A stretch of 64,000 nucleotides of DNA from Rhizophagus irregularis (Eukaryota): the NCBI RefSeq assembly GCF_026210795.1, contig NC_089430.1, positions 4,898,001 through 4,962,000 of the forward strand, written 5' to 3'. Shown here piece after piece: positions 53,298 to 64,000 of this stretch. Each line of letters opens with the position of its first letter. Within the stretch, counting starts at the first letter, position 1. Below the pieces are notes generated by a model, which saw only the letters and a program-made list of their open reading frames with translations, was not told the origin of the DNA and searched no databases. The position numbers were made by a program, and so were the translations under genes.

Positions 53298-56200
53298 TTA
53301 AGATTTATTATTCCGATCTTAAAGAAAAAATCGATCACTATAAACATGTTATAATTTACCATCTTCGTTAATGTTCAATTGAGAAATATCAACTTGTAAG
53401 GATTCTATTCAATATAATAATTTTAATTAGTACTTATAGTCTCAATATTCTTGATATCATTAATTTCTTTAGGAGTGAAACGAGCGACGGTAACAAATTA
53501 TTAAACAATACCTGAAAATTCTTCGCTTATTATATTATCATTTTGTTTATAATAATCGTCGGAATTTTTTGGTTCAGGAAGATCATTAAAATTAAGTAAT
53601 CTACTTGTATAAATAGCTTCTGAATGTGTTTTGTACGATATTCCTAAACTAGTTGAAGGTATGATGCTAGTCTGTAAATTATTATTTATTTCTTCTGCTT
53701 CTTCGATTTGCTTTTGTAGTTCTTCACTTGGCCCATAACACCATTGACTCAAAATTTCGTTAATTGTTTTTGCTATTGGTCTATTGGATGGATTTGCGTC
53801 CAAACATCTTTTAATTAAATAAACAATTGACTGCGGTACTTTAATATTAAACCTTGGTCTAAGTCCTTGGCAAATTTTTATTGCTAGATTATTATTATGG
53901 CTCATGTCATGATATGGAGGTAAACCAGAAATTAATTCATACATTATTATACCTAAACTGTAAATATCAGATGCTTTTGTATAGCTTTGACCTCGTAAAA
54001 TTTCAGGTGCAACATAAGGTAATATACCATAGACATTATTTTCTGATGTATCGTAATCTGCAGGTTTACATAATCCCATATCGGTAATTTTAGCATAATT
54101 AAATACTAATACATTTCCAGAATGTAAATCTCGATGAATTAGTTCATTTTTATGAATATGTTCAAGTCCAGTTGCAAGATATTCTAAATAACCAAACTTA
54201 TAATTCCAACTTAATTTAATATAATTTGTATCTAAATAATTTCGTAAACTTCCATTCTTTGCATAATCTAAAACCATAATATAATTTCTTGTCACTGGAT
54301 CTTGAGATAGACCAAATAATTTAATAATATTTTTACCCAAATTTACTTTAAAATGTGATGCAACCTAAAAATAGTATAATTAGATTAATAAAGATTAAAT
54401 ATTCAAAATTAATTTAGATAATAAAATAATTTCACCTCATTCATAAATTCTAATGTAACATCTTTTGAATCATTCAATCTTTTCAAAGCCACGAACATAT
54501 TTTGATCTCTTCTTTTCCAATTTTGATTATAGCTATCCCATTTATCTATACATCCATCAATCCAATTTGCTTTATAGACTTTGCCAAACCCACCTTTTGC
54601 AATATATGTAATATTATAAAATTTATCATAAGGTATCCATTCTAGTCCATTGTTAGTATGTGCTGATAGCTGAACATCTTGAATAAATTTGTCAACATTA
54701 CGATTACCACTAGTCCAATTTTTGAAATTTCGTTGAAAATGTATTACATTACATACACGATTACATTTTTCACATCCTTTGTTCAAAACTATCATGTATT
54801 TTTTTGTTTTTGGATCTTGAGTTATCCCACAAATTTTACGGTGTTCGTTAACCTATTAATACGATAAATTAATTAAAATGAACTTTTCAACAATTTCAAA
54901 CAATAATTTATATACCTTATTAAGTTCTAATATAACATTTTTTAAGCCATCTATACTTTTCAGAACTACAAACATATTTTGAACTCTTCTCCAATTTTGA
55001 TTATAGTTATCCCAGTTATCTATACATCCATCAATCCAATTTGCTCTATACACTTCGCCAAATTCATTTTCTGCAATATGTTTAATATTACAAAACCTAT
55101 CATAAGGTATCCATTCTAATGCATGACACGTATAACTATGATCTGACAGCTGAGAATCTTGAATTAATTTATTGATATCATTATCACCACTAGTCCAATT
55201 ACTAAAGTTTTGTAGAAAATACATTGCATTACACATGTCTTTACATTTTTTGCATATTTCATTCCAAACTAACATATAGTCATTTGTTTCTGGGTCTTGG
55301 GTTATTCCATAAACTTCATGATGAGTTGCAATCTACAAATATAATGCATTAACAGAAATCGCATTTTAAGATTTCATTAATTAATAAATTCATACCTCAT
55401 TAAATTCCAATTCAATATTATTTAAATTATTCAAACTTTTCAAAGCAACAAATATATTTTGATCTATTCTGCTCCAATTTTGATTATGGCTATCCCATTC
55501 ATCTATACATCCATCAATCCAATTTGCTCCATACACTTTGTAAAATTCACTCTTTGCAATATGTTTAATATTACACAACCTGTCATAAGGTATCCATTCT
55601 AATGCTTTGATTGAACATTGATTATGCACTAATAATTGAGTACCTTTAATAAATTTATCAATGTTTTTATTACCACTAGTCCAATTTTTGAAGTTTCGCA
55701 GAAAATACATTGCATTACACATGACTTTACATTCTTTGCATATTTCATTCCAAACTAACATATAATATTCTGTTTCTGGATCTTGAGTTATTCCGTAAAC
55801 TTCATGACATCTTGCAATCTAACAAATATGCTATTAATAAAAATTTTATTTTTAAAATTTTATTAATTAATAAGTTCATACCTCATTAATTTTCAGTGTG
55901 ATATTACTTAAATTTTTTAAACTTTTTAGAACCACAACCATATTTTGATCTCTTCTTTTCCAATTTTGATTATCGACATCCCAGTTATCTATACATCCAT
56001 CAATCCAATTCGCTCTATACACTTTGCCAAACCTACTTTTTGCATTATATGTATTATTATAAAATTTATTATAAGGTATCCATTCTAATATTTTTTTAAA
56101 TACTTCATAGTTATCATGCACCAATAGCTGCTTATCTTGAATGAATTTATCAATATAAATATTACCACTAGTCCAATTTCTGAAATTTCGTTGAAAACGT

Positions 56201-56779
56201 ATTGCATTACATACATTTTTACATTTTTCACATACATCATCTAAAACCATCATATAATTCGTTGTTTCTGGATCTTGAGTTATTCCATAAACTTCGTGAT
56301 AAAGTGCAATCTACAAATATAGTATATTAACAAAAATTGCGTTTTAAAATTTCATCAAATAATAAATTCCGTCATACCTCATTAAATTCCGATGCGATAT
56401 TATTTAAATTATTTAAATTTTTTAATGTCACGAGCATATTTTGATTGTTTCCTCTCCACTCTTGAATATTATTATCCCATTCACCTATACATCCATCAAT
56501 CCAATTCGCTCTATACACTTTGTTAAATTCATTATCATTTATAATATGTTTAACATCGAAAAATCTATTATAAGGTATCCATTCTAATGCTTTGCTGAAA
56601 GAAAAATTATGTGCTGATAACTGAGTATTTTTAATGAATTTATCAATATTATTATTCCCACTAGTCCAATTTTTGAAATTTTGTTTAAAATGTATCACAT
56701 TACATATATCATTACATTTCTTACATGTTTTATCATTAGCATGTAATATATTAGTTAATTTCTTGACAAAAGAACCCAT
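53298..56779 (-). CDS. Tyrosine-kinase-like protein kinase 4 with five modules
   Basis: Exons 56779-56378, 56310-55882, 55818-55396, 55332-54916, 54852-54436, 54364-53512, 53404-53360 and 53317-53298. Motifs KGGFGKVY, VALK, HRDLHSGN, DMG, APE. Confidence 0.9.
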
Positions 56780-57489
56780 TGAGACTAGATTATGGAAGAA
56801 ATCAAAGAGTTGACTGAAAACAATGCTTTATTCTTAATATTGTCGTACCTGTTTCAAATATTATGGTTTTACAGCAAATCAACTTATGATCGGCAAGTAA
56901 CATCTGGCTAAATATAGAACTGGTATAGAATTTGAACAAGAAGTGAGTAACGTAGATCGGTTATGTGCAACGTAAAAGTCACATGTCTACTTACGTACAA
57001 TATTTACGGGTACGACGGAAACATGTCATGTATAGAGGCCTATATATGTCTGTATAGTGATCAACGTACGGTATGTATGGTCATTTTTACCATACTGTAG
57101 GGTGGGTGATGTATACTGTATGGTGATGTATACCGGACGTTACCATACATTGACCACTATACGTACGTACATAGCTCACCATACGCTGCATGTTTTCTAT
57201 ATAATCTTTATTGGGTTTATTTACTATAGTAGTAATATACAGGGTACATAACGGTCGTAACGTAAAGTGAAATTTTTTTTATTTTACGTTCATTAGTGAT
57301 ACATACAAATAATGTTTTTATTGATTAATTAGTAAAAACGAATGGACAGTATATAAAAAGGCATAACTTTTAACTAAAAAAGTCAACAAAATTATACATG
57401 AGGCTACACAAGTCATATGGTATATTGTAAGAAGAAATAGCAGGTTAGTCTCATTCATCATTAGCCACATATTTTGTGTAACATTTACA

Positions 57490-58397
57490 CATGAAATTCG
57501 ATAAACCGGATCTATTGGTTCCACTAAAAATATCCGGTTTATCGGGATATCCGAAAATTTCGATATACTGAAAATCTATAATTCTGAATTTTCAAAAAAT
57601 TTTCATGCTAATAGAACTAATACACGCTATAATTTAATTTTTTAATCTTAGTTTTAAGTCATAGAGTTCATGAAAATGAATATTAATTGAAGATATAAGT
57701 AATACATAACTTCAGCCGGAATTATGAATTTTATAATTCTGGCCAAAATTAAGATTTACCTCATCACGTTACTTAAATTTTATTGGTCAATAATCACGTG
57801 ATCCGGTTTATCGAATCATTTTTACTACAGTGCATATAACTTAGTCCCAACAAAAAAATTTTTAAGCGGCCAAATTTTTTATATTATGTAATACTTAACC
57901 CTGTAATTTTATTGGTCAGATTTATTTAATTTAAGTTATAATTCTTAATTCTAGCCAGAATTATATATAATTTTAGTAATTTTGACCAGATTTACATGTA
58001 ATTCTGGTCAGAATAAAATGGCCAAATATTTAATTCAATAGTAAAATATTTCAACTTTGAATTGCTACTACTTTATTAAAAAATACTTTACAGGAAATTT
58101 AAAAACATAGTTTTATTAAGCTTAATCTGGTTTATCATTGTACGTTTATACTTTATGTTTATCTTTTTTTTTGAATGAATAGTAGTGATTTAAATTTCAT
58201 CAAATTTAATTGCTGGGACTAAGTTGTACGCACTGTATAGCTGGTTAGAAAATTGATCCGTTATAGCGAATATTGAGCTTTTACTAGTAAATTCCGGTAT
58301 ATCAAAACTATTAATATACGTGATTTGGTTCAAGCAAAAAAGTCCGGTTTAGGCCCAAATCCGGTTTATCAAAGATCTGATTTATCGAATTTCACTG
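57490..58397. mobile_element. Pogo-like MITE (outer, older)
   Basis: Imperfect TIR catgaaattcgataaaccggatc / gatctgatttatcgaatttcactg with internal ccggtttatc repeats. Confidence 0.65.
57828..58235. mobile_element. Tc1-like MITE nested in the previous element
   Basis: TIR cagtgcatataacttagtcccaacaa versus reverse complement cagtgcgtacaacttagtcccagcaa (23/26), with TA on both sides. Confidence 0.85.
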
Positions 58398-59826
58398 TGT
58401 ATTTTTTTTTCGCACGTTAAAATTAATCATATAAAAAAAGTATACATTTTCATGTACTTAAATATTAAAAGAATAAAAAAAATATGTACTTTGTACTGTA
58501 TATATTATAATACAGCCAATTTTTTAACGATTTAATATCATTATAAAGCAGTTAAAAAAATGTTAGTTTATTTTGAGAATACCAAACTTTATTACCCTAT
58601 AAAAAATAAATGTTCCTAGACATATAATAGTACAGAAAACATTCCATAAACACACTCATTTCCGGATACTCATTTTGTCTGGAAATTGTACTAGTTTTTA
58701 TCTTATCTTGTATTTGTCCATATTTATCCAGAATTTTTAATAATCCATTGATTCCATTCTATTGGAAAATCAATATGAACAATTCAGCCAAACTTATAGA
58801 CTAATTCCAGCTGAATTTATAGGATAATTTCCAAACGAAAGAAAGTTATTTTTGTTTATAAAATTGTTGTTATTATTTGTTCAGTTTTTGAATTTGTTCA
58901 GTATTTAAGGCATATTTGAATTTTGTCAACATTATTAATCATTAAATCTCGTAAATTTTGTTAAAGATCATCATAATTAAGATTTTTAAATAATATTTTT
59001 TTAATTATGAAATATAAGAATTCTAACTGAAGGATATCTAAACCTTGGAATATGAAGCGAATGTACTAGTCAAGAGTGTTGAGGTACTAAATACATCTTA
59101 AATGTTAGACTGATTCTTTAGGACCTCTACCAAGGTCAGAAGTGAGCTTTTGAATAGTTTTTATTTATGCTTATAGGCGCCAGTTTGTTAAAAGAAGGTT
59201 TTTTTTTGAAAAATTTTGTTTTTATGATCATTGATCGGAAAGAGTTCCTCTTCTCCTTCAAATATTCGCCAAAATAATTGACTGCTAACTTTAATATTTG
59301 AATTTTGAATACCTTTCGCATCCAAATGAAACTGGAGTAATTTATGGTGAATTGTATTATAAAAAAGAAAAATCATAATATAAAAATGTACTATTTTTTC
59401 AGGGCCAGAATTACGATAATGTCAGTGTCAGTAAGCGTCTAAAAAGGAAATAGATTCTGGTTGACATTATCTATAAAATGAAGGATCTACAGTAAACCCG
59501 TATCAGTCCCTCCTGAAGCAAAATACTGTAAATACCTATTCAACTCTATAATTGTAATAATTATAAAAAAATATAGTAGCGAGTATTTTAACTTTTTGCT
59601 TTTTTTGAAAATGAAATATTAGTTAGGCAGAGCGAGAACAAGAATAATAAACTAAGCTAAATCTAATCTAAAAAAGTAACATAAAAGCAAGAGCGAGAAA
59701 AAAAACTAGAATATTGTCTATTAACTTTTTTCTTATTCTTGTCTTTCTTTTTTACTGTTTGCCATTCCCCTTTATCTTTATCTTCATGGATCAAGAACAT
59801 GTTTACTTCACTGAAACCCGCATATT

Positions 59827-59899
59827 TGAAGCGAAGCAGTTGTATAGTTGTTACCTATTGGTAACCAATAGGCATTAGGTAAGCAACTGCTTCGCTTCA
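59827..59899. repeat. Nested hairpin
   Basis: Perfect 16-bp arms tgaagcgaagcagttg / caactgcttcgcttca enclose cctattggtaaccaatagg. Confidence 0.85.
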
Positions 59900-61450
59900 T
59901 ATTTTTTAATTTATTGTACTATAACATTGATAGGCAACAACTTAGCAGCGGCTTGGTGAGATTATTGATTAGCAAAATTTTGTAAAATTCGTATTTGTTA
60001 TATTTATTTAAAATCGCCTAAAAAAGTCACGATATTGCTGCAGGTTGGCTGCGCAACTCCAACGAATTAAAATGTAACATGATGCAGATCTTTTTTTTGA
60101 AAAAAAAATTTAGCTTTGATAATTACAAAAATAAATTATAACATAGACGTATACACATCTTCTCATTAAAGTATCTATCTATCTAATTTATCTATTCTAA
60201 TATCGAATAATCTTTTGCGTATCTTGAACTTCTAAAAGATGTAAATCTATTATACATCCATAAATCCGAATCATCTAACATTAACCATTTCTAGATGATA
60301 ATACATAATCCATCTGTCGCACACGTCTCTACTAAACCTGTCTTTTATTTTTACATGATCCATAACTCAAAATTCTTGTACAATTACTTTTACCCATTCT
60401 TTTCATTTTTTTTTTTGTAATTCCATACTGTTTTATTTCCCATTTATTTATTGCATTACATCGTGGTATCTATATATACATTTTCACAAATTCCTTGATA
60501 TCTTTAAACAAAGTTGATGATGCCCTCTTTGTATCATTTATCTCGAGATCTACCCAGTAAGCGGTTGATAGCTTCATGAAAGATTCGTATATTAAAATTA
60601 AACATATCTGGAGTCGCTGTACGATCTGCCATAATCATCTGTACTGATGATCTCCACTCCATATTTATATCCTGAATATTCATTCTCAATTATCTATTCA
60701 TGTCTAACGTCAACCATTCCGCTTTACATTTAATTTGATTATATTTTTTCATGAATTCTCTTGGACTTTCTTGCACCATTTCCAATACACCATATATTCC
60801 TATCGATATTAATATAAACTCATCCTTTTACACGATGCAGATCTACTAACGAATTTGTCATATAAATGTAATGTGTCTCCAAGAATTAAAATGTAACACG
60901 ATGCAGATCCACTTTTAACGAATTTGTCATATAAATGTGTCGTCGGGCTGGTAGTGTCGTCACTGCATTCCGCCACCTCGGCCTCATGGCCTCGCAGTAC
61001 TTACATCCCTCCTCCGTGAGGCGGGGAATCCCTATACATCTGAAACAATATGAAACAAGATCTGAAACATAACAATATAAGCAAAAAAGGATAAAATAAG
61101 GGAAAAGAGAGGAAAATAAGAGAGAATCAGAGAGGGTGTTTCGATGTTTCAGATGTTTCGGCAATTTTGGTAAAAGTCAGGCGAGGACAACCCTCCCAGA
61201 AAAAGTTTTGATTTTACCCCCCCAGATCCGAAACTTCTGAAACATCTGAAACTGATTCAGGATTCCGTTCGTTTTCTTATTGGAGGCAGTGAGATAGCAA
61301 ATAAAGTAAACAGATAGGTTAATAACCCCTAGAAGGACTGTAGAACCACAGGAAGGTAACCGGGTAGGAGCGCGGATCTTTGGAAAAAATATATTCGGCA
61401 ATTGAAGATTAGGTAACTATAAATTAGTACTCGATTTGATAGAATAAAAA

Positions 61451-61975
61451 ATGACATATACCGTAGAAAAGTTGGCAGGAATCTTTGGCCACACAGTCCC
61501 CGATGTTATGGGTATTAATAGGGAGATCGTAAAAAGCCACCAAAACCCGCACGCAGTATCAGTAATCCCCAAACTTGTAGGCCATATCCTGGAACGTATT
61601 CCAAGTAGCAATTTTGGACCGCATCTTCTAGAAGTCAACCCAATCTGGAGAGCCAAAGCTGAACAAGTACTCTGGAAGCGGCATAAAGAAGCCGAGGAGG
61701 TATACAAACAGGCAGTAGACTACTACAGGGAGGCCATTGACAATTTCAATAAAGCCGATCAGAAAAAATACACTAGGTTCGCAGGAATGGTGGCAGTAGA
61801 AAGAGCTCTCCTCAGATGTGGCTTTATAACGCAAGAGTCCGACTGGGAGAAATGGACTCAAATAACGTATAACATCCAATTGCTTAAAGAAGGCCGCACT
61901 CTTGATGACTCAGACGATGAATCAGATGATGGAGAGGTATCTCTCGATGACTCAGATGATGAGGAATACTTTTAG
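61451..61975 (+). CDS. Hypothetical protein, 174 aa, acidic tail
   Basis: Intact intronless ORF inside the GC-richer element; no family recognised. Confidence 0.7.
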   Translation: MTYTVEKLAGIFGHTVPDVMGINREIVKSHQNPHAVSVIPKLVGHILERIPSSNFGPHLLEVNPIWRAKAEQVLWKRHKEAEEVYKQAVDYYREAIDNFNKADQKKYTRFAGMVAVERALLRCGFITQESDWEKWTQITYNIQLLKEGRTLDDSDDESDDGEVSLDDSDDEEYF

Positions 61976-61984
61976 AAGGCGATA

Positions 61985-62305
61985 CTAATCTGTCTTCCTC
62001 TTTTTTGCCTCCTTAAGGCATTTATCAATACACTGTTTACACGCGTCATCAGCCTCTAAAATTTTCTGCCCGAGTTTTTTGCATTGCCGATTGTACACCG
62101 TCTGATGTCTTTTAGCCGCGGTTTCTTTTTTCTTCTCCTTAGTTTTCTTTTTGATAACCCAGTCTATCCCAGTAAAAGTATTCTTGTGCATACCACAAAC
62201 TGTGCAATCACCATGCAGCCGGTAACGCCCATTTGTGGTCATATCTTGTATTTCACTAGCAGTTTCAGTTTCCTTCTTACACTTTAGGCAGTAAAATCGT
62301 GTCAT
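61985..62305 (-). CDS. Small basic Cys4 zinc-ribbon protein (DUF5679-like)
   Basis: MTRFYCLKCKKET...TTNGRYRLHGDCTVCGMHKNTF matches the YCxKC...NGR...CxxCG pattern. Likely start is the ATG at 62305. Confidence 0.7.
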   Translation of the reverse strand: MTRFYCLKCKKETETASEIQDMTTNGRYRLHGDCTVCGMHKNTFTGIDWVIKKKTKEKKKETAAKRHQTVYNRQCKKLGQKILEADDACKQCIDKCLKEAKKRKTD

Positions 62306-62349
62306 CTTAAGATTTGAAGTCCGAAATCTTTCCTTTAATTTGTCGTAAT

Positions 62350-63445
62350 ATGTCGCATTTAGAGAATTATTACAAATACTACAATCTCTCCGGAGTACCA
62401 GCACGAATTCTAAAAGGTGAGGAGCACTACAACCTATACAAAAAGCCCTAAAGGAAAAGTCATCAGAGCGTCCACGAGTAGTTGTATGGAAACCAAATGC
62501 GACGCATCAGGCAGATCTCGCAGAGATGCCAGTCGACCCCAAAGGATTCCACTATTTCCTCGTAGTGGTGGAAGTCGCGGGTAAACAAGTCGATGCAGAA
62601 CCCCTAAAGGATAAGACTGCAAATAGGGTTCTAAACGGGTTTGTCAAAATCTACAGAAGAAATCGTATTAAGCCACCAACACACAGACTGGAGACAGACT
62701 CTGGATCAGAATTCACTAACGACCAGGTACGTGATTTTTCCTGAACAGCCTAGGGGTAATGATGAGGTTCGGCGAACCAGGAAGACACAAACAGCAATCA
62801 TACGCTGAACGAGCCATCCAAGCAATCCAGGAACCTCTCCTAAAACGAATGGTGGCACAGGAGTTGAAGACCGGATTGACATCTGTGGAATGGTCAGAAG
62901 ATTTCCGTGATGTAGTTAATAAAATAGATGAAATCTGGCAGAGAAATCCCCCAGACATTCCGACAGGGTCACCCAAAGTGTCAAAAAAGACAGAACTTCT
63001 CTCTGAAGGAACACATGTCCGAGTCAAGTTAGACGAACCTATTTCAGTACTCGGGAATAAACTCCATGGAAAATTTCGTACAGGTGACATAAGATGGAAT
63101 CCCAATATCCGTGTCATCAAAAAAATGATCCTCTCACCCGAACAGCCTCCTACGTATCTTCTTGATGGACCACACGGGCGTCTAGGTGTATTCAGATGTG
63201 CGTACACCCGAAAAGAGTTGCAGATTGTTCCAGAAAATGAACATCCCCCACCTGACTCCGTGATAAGAGGGCAACCCAAAAGATTTGTACCTGAGCGGAT
63301 ACTCCGGCATCGCATTAGGAAGGGTCAAGACCAGTATCTAGTCAAGTGGGAACGATACCCAGATACCGAAGCCACTTGGGAACCCGCTGACCGGTTGGAG
63401 GAGGATGTCCCTGCCTTAATCCGCAAGTTTGGGAATAAAAAATAA
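62350..63445 (+). pseudogene. Retroviral-type (Polinton-like) DDE integrase with C-terminal chromodomain, two frameshifts
   Basis: MSHLENYY...HQADLAEM...YFLVVVEV...AEPLKDKTA...LETDSGSEFTN...YAERAIQAIQ, and chromodomain ERILRHRIRKGQDQYLVKWERYPDTEATWEP. Single-base losses at about 62447 and 62737. Confidence 0.88.
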
Positions 63446-63452
63446 ATATTCC

Positions 63453-63998
63453 CTATTTTTTGTCTCCTCGATTCACATCAGAAACTATCGGGATAAAAAC
63501 ATTCTTCTCATTACAAGTAAGGGCGATATGTTCACGTGATTCATGGACATCATAATTGTAACGTTTCAGACACGTCCGGCTCAATCCAATCTCCCTATGC
63601 TTGTAATCGCTTAAAACCGCGAGATTCTCAGTGATTACACAATCAGGGGTTAGTTTGATTGACACACCTTTTACCATGCCGAATGTCCTACCAGAACCCG
63701 GAGCGCCGGATATGTTATGTGTAATACTCTTGTCGATATCCAACCCTAATTCTTCAGCGGCTTCCCTCTGAATAAAAGACGCGTTAGCACAAGTGTCTGC
63801 TAAACACTGAATTGCTATCCCATTGACCTTCCCATCCAGCGCTAAAAGATCTTTAGTATTCTCCAAACGAGCTATGTCAATATCCATCGGGTCATCTTCC
63901 CTGATATCCTCTTCTTGTTTTTCCTCAACTAGGTCTTCCGGAATCTCCGTACTTTTACGAGCAGACTTTAATTCTTCCCGAAGAATCTTGCGGAGTAA
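63453..63998 (-). CDS. Retropepsin-like aspartic protease domain protein (5'-partial)
   Basis: GKVNGIAIQCLADTCANASFIQREAAEELGL...ISGAPG...IGLSRTCLKRY. The frame stays open upstream to the window edge (LLRKILREELK...EDDPMD). Confidence 0.75.
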   Translation of the reverse strand, partial: LLRKILREELKSARKSTEIPEDLVEEKQEEDIREDDPMDIDIARLENTKDLLALDGKVNGIAIQCLADTCANASFIQREAAEELGLDIDKSITHNISGAPGSGRTFGMVKGVSIKLTPDCVITENLAVLSDYKHREIGLSRTCLKRYNYDVHESREHIALTCNEKNVFIPIVSDVNRGDKK

Positions 63999-64000
63999 TT

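Larger units (their letters stand above)
60938..64000. mobile_element. Integrase-encoding virus-like element (Polinton/Ginger-like), left part
   Basis: Abrupt rise in GC starting at tgtcgtcgggctgg, followed by four tightly packed intronless genes. The element runs off the window. Confidence 0.7.

Noticed and set aside
60130..60820. Possible decayed minus-strand gene
   Set aside because: The frames I read are interrupted by stops and no family was recognised.
62716..63315. 199-aa antisense ORF
   Set aside because: It is a shadow of the integrase gene with no motif of its own.

Overview
Very AT-rich, intron-containing eukaryotic DNA. The gene families look like those of arbuscular mycorrhizal fungi (Glomeromycotina, Rhizophagus-like); this taxon call is an inference. 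Bases 1-16.7 kb are a transposon nest: stacked hAT ends with a hAT transposase fragment, a Tc1/mariner-type MITE inside a tandem repeat, two divergent decayed Sola3-like DNA transposons (TTAA target duplications, imperfect TIRs), a foldback hAT-type element and a poly(A) retroposon. Bases 18-57 kb hold four paralogous tyrosine-kinase-like kinase genes. Each has 3-5 tandem phase-0 exons encoding a Cys-motif plus kinase N-lobe module in front of a single C-lobe exon, followed by repeated tail exons. This region also contains a Crinkler-like nuclease gene with an internal stop, an orphan kinase tail, a Ser-rich ORF and several MITEs. From about 60.9 kb to the window end lies a compact, intronless, GC-richer element starting with TGT. 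It carries a Polinton-type integrase-chromodomain gene, a small Cys4 (DUF5679-like) gene, an unknown ORF and an oppositely oriented retropepsin gene. All family calls come from motif recognition by eye; no searches were run.
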